Below are positions 36,144 through 49,932 of a stretch of DNA of 64,000 bases, one piece after another. Below the pieces are notes generated by a model. The model was not told the DNA's origin. It saw only the letters and a program-made list of their open reading frames with translations, and searched no databases. This DNA comes from Hormiphora californensis (lineage: Eukaryota > Animalia > Ctenophora). Both the position numbers and the translations under genes were made by a program. Position 1 is the stretch's first letter. Every line of letters starts with the position of its first letter. The DNA lies in contig CM035359.1 in the NCBI GenBank assembly GCA_020137815.1, positions 5,580,001-5,644,000 of the forward strand, read 5' to 3'.

Positions 36144-39100
36144 ATGTCTGATTTGTCTAATGACGTCACTGAAGAGAAAGCAGAAAGATCAGATTCTGAT
36201 CAGTATGATTACACAGATGAAGAACAATATTCAAATGGGGAGAGGACAGAAGAGGAGGATTTTGGAAATGAGGAATACGACAGTGTTGATGGCGAATATG
36301 AGGGGGATGAGGTTTCAGAGGAAGATATGGTAACAGAGCAAAATATGGGTTCAGAGGTGGGTTCAGAGGTGGGTTCAGAGGTGGGTTCAGAAATGGGTTC
36401 AGAAGTGGGTGATAAAGGTAGTGAAACCAGGGAACAACCTGAGCAGTATGCAGATGGTGACGAGGAAGACAGTGAAGATACACCACAGAATGTGATGGAG
36501 GGAGTTGCGGAAACTGAGGGAGGGGAAACTGTCGCAACGGGTAATGATGGAGATAAGGGGAACGAGGAAACGGAACAAGTTAGTGAGAAAGAGGGACTGA
36601 ACGAGAAAGATAGTGAGAAAGAGGCTCAAGAAGATACAGAACAAGATAGTGAAGAAGAGGAACTTTATGAGAAAGAGGAAGAAAATGCTATCAATAGCTA
36701 TACTTGGAACAACATAAATCATTCTGGTTCTGATGATATAATTGTAGATATTGAGGATATTGAGGGAGATATTGGTAGTTTAGATGGTGATTCAAATCAT
36801 TCAGATAAAGATAATCTACCTCATGTAACGGAATCAACTTCTGAACAGCTACAAAAATTTCAGAATTCCCTTCTAGAGCTCCTAGATCCGGACAACATCT
36901 CACCTCCATCAGATCCATCCTCTCCTGAGAACAACCGACCGACTTCTCCAGAAGATACAGAACTTCATTCCCCAACTCCGTCTTCAGAGCTGCTCACAGA
37001 GCTGCATTCAGCCACCCTAATTTATCAGACTCAGTCCCCTCAATCAGCGTCCCAAAAACTATGCCAGACCAAAATTACAACCACTCTAACCCAGAATCAG
37101 ATACAAACTGTAGCCACTCTAGATCCGCCACAACCTCTAACCCCAGCCTCTCATGATCAGTCTCGGCCCAACTCGAAACCATCTCAACCCCGGCTCTACA
37201 TGAAAGTGGCAGAGCAACTGCCGATGAAAGTGGTGAAGGTTCCTCAGTTTGTAATTATCCCCCGGTCCTACTTGCCGGCTGTTATCAGCACTAAAGACAC
37301 TTATCTGATCGATTTCGGAGAGTCAACACCCCAGGTTAACCTAGCTCTACAAATCCTGGCCCTGAATGTTAACCAGGGACAGGGATTTATAGGGAGGGTG
37401 CTGGGTGTCGGACCTGCTGTTAACAAGGGAGGCGTGTTTCTCACTGAAAATGTAGGTTAAAATGTTATGATAACGGCTGAGAGCATAAATTAGGCTGTGC
37501 AATATTATATTCGCATTAAGAGGTTATTTCTTGTTTTCAGTCTAAACACGTATAATGGATTTCACGTGTAAGATTTAATGCACTGTACATCACTTTCAGA
37601 GTGTACTACATTTGATACCCGGACCCCAGCCTCACGCTACTAACGATATCGGAGCACATGAGAAGGTTGGCACTTTGATATTTATTTTGTGTTTGAAATT
37701 TTACAATTCTTTTCCACCGCTAGAGTTTCTTTCGAGATATTGGGATTCAAATTTGGACACCTTCTTTTCTCTCACTTCTAGCTCTCCATTCTTTTTTCAA
37801 CTCTCTCCACATTGGCTAGATATTGATCACTGTGCAAAGCTTAACACCATACATCACCCCCCCCACGGTCACTCACCATTCAGACATTACCTGCTGCTGA
37901 GAAGACGTTCCCTGATGTTTCTTATATACGTCCCCTCCCTGCCTCTTCCTCGTCTGACACTGTAGGTTGCACAATTTTCTACAGTTTTGATATTGTTTGT
38001 TTGTTTGTTTGTTTGTTTGTTTGTTTGTTTGTTTGTTTGTTTGCTTGTTTGTTTGTTTGTTTGTTTGTTCGTTTGTTTGTTCGTTTTTTGTTTGTTTGTT
38101 TGTTTGTTTGTTTGTTTGTTTGTTTATTTGTTTGTTTGTTTGTTCGTTTGTTTGTTTGTTTGTTTGTGTTTTAACCCACTTTGCCCAAAAGCCAATGATG
38201 ATTGGTGGCGTCCAGAAACAAACGAACAAGCAGGCGGGTAAAAGGAAACGGGGTCCATCAAAAGAGGATGTCTCTGCTGCTCCAGCGAAAACTAAACAAT
38301 TGAGGATGGAAAATTGGACCAATGGAAATTCTGTTGATGGTAGCAACCAAAATGTGCCCATTCGCACGGTAAACAATGCTAAAAGTAGCAATAATTCGCT
38401 TGTAAGAGTTGATAAAGCTCAGTGATAATACTAAAAGTGTTAGATAGGCGGAGAGGAAGTAACGGTTATTCCCATATTTTTGATGGCCATTATCAAACAC
38501 TGTGTTTCTCTGCACAGAAGACCCGAAGTGGAAACAATGGTGGTGATACCCCAGTTCAAGTACAACCTGAGAATACCACTGGGAATGGAATCAAGTTTGT
38601 TGCTACTCCAGATACCATCTTTACCCCCGAGGTTAGTGGGAAGGGTGGTCACTACCCCTGGTCAGGTCATGGTGGTAATTGGTATGTTATCTAGAAATTT
38701 AGGGTGTTTAACTTCTCTGCATTTCCAGTTCTATTATAATTCATTATTCATTATTAGTAGGGACGAATCTCTTATAAAAAGAAGTGGCTGACTCACTATT
38801 TGGTGGAAAGCAAATTCCGGTTGTAACCCACCTATTTTGAACCGCTGAACACGATCCCGTTCATAGGTAAGGTCGCAAAAGTGAAGAACATGCCCAAATC
38901 GGCCACGCCCTTTTACCTGTATTTTCAGCCTGTAGCCAAAAACATAAATCCTCTTAGAATAGGAGTAGAGACAAATCTAAGGGCATTAAAGTGATCAGCG
39001 CCCTCGCATTAGTGAGGGTAGGTGCTGGAATTAAGTCTTTATCTCATCTGGTTAATTAGAAAATTGGATAATTAGGTTTGCGCATAACCGTTTTTTGGCT

Positions 39101-42100
39101 ATATGGCTATAGCCACTTATGAATGGTTTAGAGACTTTTCACTGGCGCCATTTTGTAGGCAATAACCAAGTTATGGGGGGTCGACGTCGGACTTTTAAGC
39201 TCTATCTCCAACCGTTTAACCGTTATTGGGCTAAATCGATGCTCAAAATGAGCGAAAAACGGTAAAAAGCCCGATTTTGAGCATCGTTTAAGCCAAATAA
39301 CGGCTAAACGGTTGAAGATAGAGCTTAAAAGTCCGACGTCGACCCCCCATAACTTGGCTATTGCCTACAAAATGGCGCCAGTGAAAAGTCTCTAAACCAT
39401 TCCTAAGTGGCTATAGCCATATAGCCAAAAAACGGTTATGCGCAAACCTAATTATCCAATTATCTAATTAACCAGATGAGATAAAGACTTAATTCCAGCA
39501 CTTACCCCCACTAATGCGAGGGCGCTGATCACTTTAATGCCCTCAGATTTGTCTCTACTCCTATTCTAAGAGGATTTATGTTTTTGGCTACAGGCTGAAA
39601 ATACAGGTAAAAGGGCGTGGCCGATTTGGGCATGTTCTTCACTTTTGCGACCTTACCTATGAACGGGATCGTGTTCAGCGGGTCAAAATAGGTGGGTTAC
39701 AACCGGAATTTGCTTTCCACCAAATAGTGAGTCAAAAAATTAAGATTCGTCCCTACTAGGGTAGACCGGGGTAATTTGGACGGTTTTGGCAATCAATTGG
39801 TATTTCAAGAGCCATTTATTTACTTAATCAATTAGTTAGCTACTCAATTTGTGCAACTGAACCTTTATCTTGAGCCTCAGAACAAATTTGAATCGAAAAC
39901 ATAACTTTTAGATAGCTAATTAACCTTGTTAATGAAGGTAAGTCGGAATATTTTTGATCGCGAGACACGGGGCAATTTGGACTAGTGGCTTCTAGACCAA
40001 TCACAATGCGCGCATTCAATCACGTGACCGCGACACACCACATTGCCCCAGCTGTAAATCTGCGATGCAAATCAGACCGAGGTTGGGGCTATTTGGACAA
40101 ACTTAGATTGTAGCCACAGTTTTTGAGATATCGATTTCAAACATTTCAGTCATCTAGTAATTTAGTATCCCGTGCTATTCCTTTTTTCAAAATTAGTTAA
40201 TTAAGTAGTAATTAGCCTAATTAACCAAAAAATTAAGTGTTCATCAGATCTATATCTATAGGGTGCATTTTCGAAAGCTCAGGATTAGCCTAGTCGATTA
40301 GAAAAAGATTTAATCTAATCCCAAGTAGGGTTTTTGAGAAAATCGACATCAAAGATCAAAAAACCACAAATAAAGCTACGGTTTTCAAAGGAATGCTGTT
40401 TGTGTTTTCAGGTGCTTACAAGGCCAGAAATTACTATTATGGGGATCCAGTCTAATTAATCATGTTAGTGGCCGATTCCCACTCAATGCAATTCCCTGGG
40501 GTTACTATAGCAACGGAGTTTGTTACCATAGTAACCGGCGAATTTGCATTAATGTACTATTTTCTTGCTCCAAACTCACCCATTACATCCGTATTATTAG
40601 ACTATCGATTATTTAAACATGATTGTGAGTCACAATGAGACATCAGACTACCTTCATTTACCAGCCAGTCAGGGGCTTTGGTTATCAAATGTATGCCTAT
40701 TGCTCTAAGTTAGTCTGTAATTTATCCCTTTATTCAGTTATATCAGCTGCATATGGATGATTATCATGATAAAACACTACTTTTGGTCATCAAAGCACCA
40801 GTCCTAGATATTCTGGAGCACCCTATGAAGTTGGTTTGTCGAATGCCACACCATGGATTGACTTGTTACCTTGGCATCCAGAGAATTGGTTGTAAAATGC
40901 GCCTTTTTTCTATTTTTTTGGTCTATTTACTCAGTTTTAGCCATCTATATTGATTGAATAGGATAATTATGAAAGCAGGTTGTCTATGGTTACCATAGAA
41001 ACGAGTATAATGGCGCCATGATGCCAATTTGTTTTAACCAATTTGCCCCATGGGGCAATTTGGTCTAGTCCAAATTGCCCCATGGGGCAATCTGGATTAT
41101 GACCGAATTGCCCCCGATTTTTTCGTCCGAATTGCCCCAAATTGTCCGAATTGCCCCGCTTCATTAAAATGCCAATTAGCTAATTAAATCGAAAGCTAAT
41201 GTCATTTTGATGATGAAACTGAATAGAAAAGTATCATATTGTGAAATTCTGACCCTTAATTTAAATAATTATCATAATTAAGTTTACCGAAATAAAGTTT
41301 AACTTTAAAGTCGTCATTTTTCGTTATTTCACACTAAACACCACAATTTAAAAGTCCCATATAAATCACTAGTCCACATTGCCCCGTCCTGTGACCACAT
41401 TGCCCCACCGTCCAAATTACCCCGGTCTACCCTATATAATTATATTCATTTCGTTTGCCATTATCTAGCAGCTAGCTACCCGATCTAGGGCCTGATCTCG
41501 ATTGGCGGTTAAATCTTGTCCTACGGTTAGCCATTACATACTAACTTACCCAATATAAATAATTTTCAAAAAGAGATTAGCCCCCTTCTCCCACTACCAC
41601 AGGGTATCACAAAGAAAAGTGTTGTCGGGGAAGTGGTGAGAGCTGCCACTGAAAAGAGTGACGGGGTGATACTAATACATGTGGAGAGTGAGGTGAGTAA
41701 AGGAAGATCAGCCACGAACCCCCCTTCTTCGAGCTTCTAGAACTTCTCCTCAGTCCTACCCACTATGTCCCACATTTCAAAGTTCAATTAATTTCCTCTT
41801 CGCCACTTCAGTGAATTTAACTCCACCATGCTTCCTCCCTTGCCTTAGGCACTCCCTCTCTCATTACGGTTTCTCTCTCTCTCAGCGTTACAATCCCTCT
41901 CTCCAGGTTTGTGAAGTTCAGTTTAGCAAGAAGGACATCTCTGTTGGGGATACCGTCTCTTTTACCTTTCATCTTAATTTCAACGGGACAGTCACCGCGT
42001 CAGATATTGTGGTGAGTCTATTTGATAGCCTTTCAAGAGTCTGACTTCTGCAGAAATTGAGTCTACAGTGTACTACGCTGTATTAACACATCTGGTATCC

Positions 42101-45100
42101 TAAACACCTGTTACATTAACTGTGTTTTACACAGACCACAGACACGCACTTTTCACACAGATATTATAGTCGAACTGAATTCATGTTCATTCCTGGGTGT
42201 CCCAGCTTTCACAAAAATGATGTCGTTCATAATAGAAAATTGTTCTCTCTGACAACCCCCATATTTTTCAGAGCTATGATGGTGGATTAGCTGGGTATTC
42301 GGTTTCTGGATTCCTATTCAAAGGCAGTTCGTCACCATGGTACCCACACCGGTTTTCAATTCTAATGAGAATCATCGGGAAAATGGGCGCTTTCTCTATG
42401 AGGAGCCTCAAAACAGACGTTAGTATTTAATCAGCAACATATTTATGATGAAATCATGTATCATACTATTATTAAAGCAAATAGGGAAATCCCATGTCCC
42501 GTTTTTTTAACCAAATATGGCACAAAATTCCTGGAAATGGCCTTTTGCACGTGTTGTCCCTGGACCCTGGCAACCTGCCAGCTTGAGCCTTAAACCGCAC
42601 GTGCATCCTTGATTCATCTCTCTGCCGGTTATGTGATTTATCGTTTGCTCGATTTGATCTGTTCACCACGTTTCTTGAACATGACTACTCAACTTCAACA
42701 CAATGGCCAGCGAGTTTGGAGGACCCATATGTCCCAAACTGGCGCTGACGCCTATAGACTACGTGATCGAATCCTACAAAAGAGGTGATTATTATTCAAA
42801 AAATGTTGTCAACACACGTAATAACAAAGTATCAATGGCACTAACAAGAAATGACAGTAATACGTGAAAGTATTTTGCCAATGTACTCCTTCATAAAATA
42901 CTTCAGGACCTGGCAAAAGAGGACCCGTGGTTTTTCTGTCAAAAGAATCCCTTTGGTTAATTCACCTGATAAATTTACTGATTTTAAAAATTTCAAATGA
43001 TACTACACTATTTGCTTAGTTTACTGTATGACCAATGGTCATTGACCATTGACCATCCCCGACATTCGCCCGTAGGGCGAGCGGGCTTACTAGTTTATTC
43101 TAATCTGAATTTGTTTGTCTGTTTGCTTTATTTCCTGTCCATGTTTTAATGTTGTCAGAATAGTGCTTTGTTGCCTAGAAAACAAAAAGAATTGTGAACA
43201 TACTGTTTTGTCCTACACACGTATTGTTATATACTTTTCTCATTGTCTATATGTCTGTATGTCTGTATGTGTGTGTGAGTTCATCTTTTACAAAACAAGG
43301 AAACTCTTGTTTCTATTCTTGGTTGCAAGAATTTAACGGTACCCCCATCCCACACCCCATCCCCGATTCAGGCGGTGATCAGGGAGATAAGTTACGAGGT
43401 GAACAATAACAACATGACCGTGATGTTAAAGAAGCTGAGTGAGAGTTACTGGGAGTCTCGTGTGGCAGCCCCCAAGAAACTCTCACGTAAGTGGGGGATA
43501 AAGGGGGGGGGGGGCGGGGCGGGGCGGGGGGCGGGATAAGTGTTTGGGGTAGATGCTCTAGTACTGTTATAATAACATGTACTACAACTGTTTACTGTGA
43601 ACATGGGACTTGTCACCCAAAATATGTGTATTTGTTGGTACTAACCATTATTTTTATTTCAGAAAAGTCAGGGTTATTATTGAAGAATATGCTGTGTCAC
43701 ATCATCGACCAATACAAGACATTCAATGAATCCATGGTTAGTGTTTTATCTTACTCGGACTGTTGATCATTCAAGTGTGGCGTCCAGCAACCGTGTTTGT
43801 TTCATAAAATGACACGAGCGAGCTCTGAGATTGTTCGATAGAGCTTCAAAAATTCGCCAGTCTCACAAGAATTTGTTTTTCAGATGAGTCCAGAAGAGCA
43901 GAAGAGACGCTCTGATGTACGGGCCAAGCTGGCTGAGGTGAACGAGAAGAAAAGAAAAAAGAAAGAAAGTCCACCTACTACATCAACTACTACAGCTAAT
44001 GCAGTAGGGACTGTCATACCAGCATCTGTAAGTAATAATTGGCGTAGATCCAATTTTATCTGATATAACTACACAAGTCTGTCCTAAAACCTCATTTCGT
44101 GTGTATGAACTCCACTTACAATTCAGATGCAGTCAGTGATCAAGTTGATTCCAATCCCCGCCATTCTACCCAAAAACAACAGCCTAGCTCAACGTTACAG
44201 TTTCATCGCTAAGAATTTAAGCCGCTGGTCACATGTGAGTTTACACTCCTCAAATCCTGTCTTCTTTATATTTCTCTTTAAATCCTATCTTAGTATTTTA
44301 TATTTCTCTTTAAATCCTGTCTTAGTATTTTATATTTTTCTTTAAATCCTATCTTAGTATTTTATATTTCTCTTTAAATCCTGTCTTCATAATATTTTAT
44401 ATTTCTCTTTTCACACCCCTAGATTCTTGATATGATCCCGGTGTTCTTATTCCTGTTTTATAAAACTACCAGGTTCCTGAAGTGCCCGGTGAGAGAGACC
44501 TGAACAACGTGCTGGGAGAAGTTATGAACTCTTGTGATACGAGCCCTGATGAGAGAGAGATAGCACTCATGGTGGCTCCCAGTAGTAGCCGTGGCAGCAG
44601 TGTAGTAGCAGGGGGTAGCATTGTTATAGCAGCAGGAGGTAGCAGTGTTATAGCAGCAGGGGGTAGCAGTGTAGCAGGCAGTGGTACAGCGGGGAACAGT
44701 GCAGTGGGCAGTCCTGCTCCAAGTGTTACTAGTGGTTCAGAGGGTGATAAATTAGGCAGCAACGCAGCAAGTGTCTCAAGTGATAAAGAAAAAACGGCGC
44801 TTATCATTGGAAATCGGGGTCGTCGCAAAAAGAATACACTTTCTTTCGTAAGTAGCGTTATCTAATTTAGTGGGATAAACTCAAATTGACAACAATTGAC
44901 ATCCCCATCCATCTGTGTACCCCCTCCCCTCTTACTACCATTCACCCCTTTTAGAAATCCAAAGATCAACAGCCTGACGACGTTGTTGATTACGGTAGTG
45001 TGTATCGGTATCTTAGCGCCCTGATCGGGGATACTCAACCTGAGAGGTTACGAAGTTTACATGGTAAGAGATATGTTGGTGTTACTGATTACTGTGTTGC

Positions 45101-46046
45101 TAGAAGTACCGGGGATTAACTTTAGTCAATGCTTGGACTTCACATTTAATTGGGTTTCTCGGTAGATATCGATTTTGGAGGTTTATGTTCTCACAGCCTT
45201 TAGAGATGCTCTAACAAACTTCCCCCTCTCCCAGATATGGAAAAGCGAGTAGTGTGTTCATTGTTTAAGGACTTGTTTGCAGACATGGCCAAACGGAATC
45301 TCCACAAGCACAAACAGTTCCTGTTACAACGATACTTTGATTTTACGAGCCAGAAAGTAGAGGGTAGATCTGTAACCAATCCGTACAAACTAAAAGGGCA
45401 CATGCTCCATCTTCCCCCTCTGGAGGATGAGACCACGGAACCTAATTCAGGGGATGATACCCAGAACCAGATATCTGGGAAAACTAATCCAGGGGATGGT
45501 ACCCAGAACCAGATATCTGGGAAATCTAATTCAGGGGATGGTACCCAGAACCAGACATCTGGGAAATCTAATCCAGGGGATGGTACCCAGAACCAGATAT
45601 CTGGGAAATCTAATTCAGGGGATGGTACCCAGAACCAGACATCTGGGAAATCTAATCCAGGGGATGGTACCCAGAACCAGACATCTGGGAAATCTAATTC
45701 AGGGGATGGTACCCAGAACCAGATATCTGGGAAATCTAATCAAGGGGATGGTACCCAGAACCAGACATCTGGGAAATCTAATTCAGGGGAGGGTACTCTG
45801 AACCAGACATCTGGGAAATCTAATTCAGGGGATGGTACCCAGTACCAGATATCTGGGAAATCTAATCCAGGGGAGGGTACCCAGAACCAGATATCTGGGA
45901 AATCTAATTCAGGGGATGGTACCCAGAACCAGATATCTGGGAAATCTAATCCAGGGGAGGGTACCCAGAACCAGATATCTGGGAAATCTAATTCAGGGAA
46001 GGGTACCCAGAACCAGACGGAGGAAGTTGTTCAGGGGCCGAGTTGA
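36144..46046 (+). CDS. Large multi-exon uncharacterised nuclear-type protein: acidic disordered N-terminus, OB/cold-shock-like segment, SNAPC2-like C-terminal block, repeat tail
   Basis: Long first exon from 36144, then GT-AG exons near 38216, 38518, 41603, 41907, 42270, 42711, 43372, 43663, 43884, 44127, 44473, 44955 and 45235-46046. NLS-like KRKR and KKRKKK. Some junctions are uncertain and this could be two genes. Confidence 0.6.
37995..38166. repeat. (GTTT)n microsatellite
   Basis: Tetranucleotide run. Confidence 0.95.
38755..39758. mobile_element. Foldback element of about 1 kb, arms about 490 bp, loop about 24 nt
   Basis: tagtagggacgaatct... and ...agattcgtccctacta; the arms are near-perfect reverse complements up to 39249/39274. 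Confidence 0.93.
39759..41432. mobile_element. 1.67-kb non-autonomous TIR element with TA target duplication
   Basis: ta|gggtagaccggggtaatttggacggt ... accgtccaaattaccccggtctaccc|ta; internal ggggcaatt/aattgcccc subrepeats. Confidence 0.9.
43058..43093 (+). mobile_element. Helitron-like 3' terminus
   Basis: Hairpin tcgccc-gta-gggcga followed by CTAG|T. Confidence 0.45.
44265..44410. repeat. About 31-bp intronic tandem repeat, 4-5 copies
   Basis: Unit ttttatatttctctttaaatcct(a/g)tcttagta. Confidence 0.85.
45440..46018 (+). repeat. 42-bp coding tandem repeat, about 14 copies (GDGTQNQ[I/T]SGKSN[S/P])
   Basis: In frame within the last exon (45237-46046 ORF). Confidence 0.95.
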
Positions 46047-46362
46047 AGGAGGGGTGAACTGTTTAAAATTTGTTTTTTAATGACTATCGATTTTTTTTAA
46101 TTTATTACACCGCAGCTAATATTATATTTCATACGTTTTGAAATTTTGGCGTGTTTTCATTTTCGTACAAGCCTCAACCTCGAATACCTGTACAGCGTCC
46201 ACTGACCAACTTAGTCCTCCCCTAACCCCATACCAGTATATACCAGCTTATAGCTCCCATTTTAAAGTTTCAGGGACCAACTCATCTATAACCCATCTAT
46301 AATTGCCTAATTACCTAACTACCTAACCCCTCTATTAGCCCCCACTGAAGAGCGGCTGTACC

Positions 46363-49549
<3,187 letters not shown>

Positions 49550-49932
49550 CAGACAGAGTTTTTATTCCCTTTTTTACCGCGAGCTATTCATTTGTTATAC
49601 CTTCACTGTTTATTATTGACCTATTATAAAATAGCATTTGTGTCCTACTTTCATTGAACTCTCTCTCGCTGTACCCATCGCCCATTTAAATTGTCGGGCA
49701 CATAGAGCATGACAACCACGAGTCTCCTTCGTTGACACCCCCCCTCCCTCCCCCCTCTCCCTCCCTCCCTCTCTCGCCCCTCCCTCTCTCGCCCCTCCCT
49801 TTCCTCCCTCCCTCCCTCTCTCCTTCCTCCCTCCCTCCCTCTCTCTCTCCTCCCTCTCTCTCTCTCTCTCCCTCTCTCTCCTTCCTCTCTCTCTCCTTCC
49901 TCTGGCCTCTCTCCCTCCCTCTCTCTTACTCA

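Noticed and set aside
37873-38241. FVCL / TNKQ repeat ORFs
   Set aside because: Translation of (GTTT)n.
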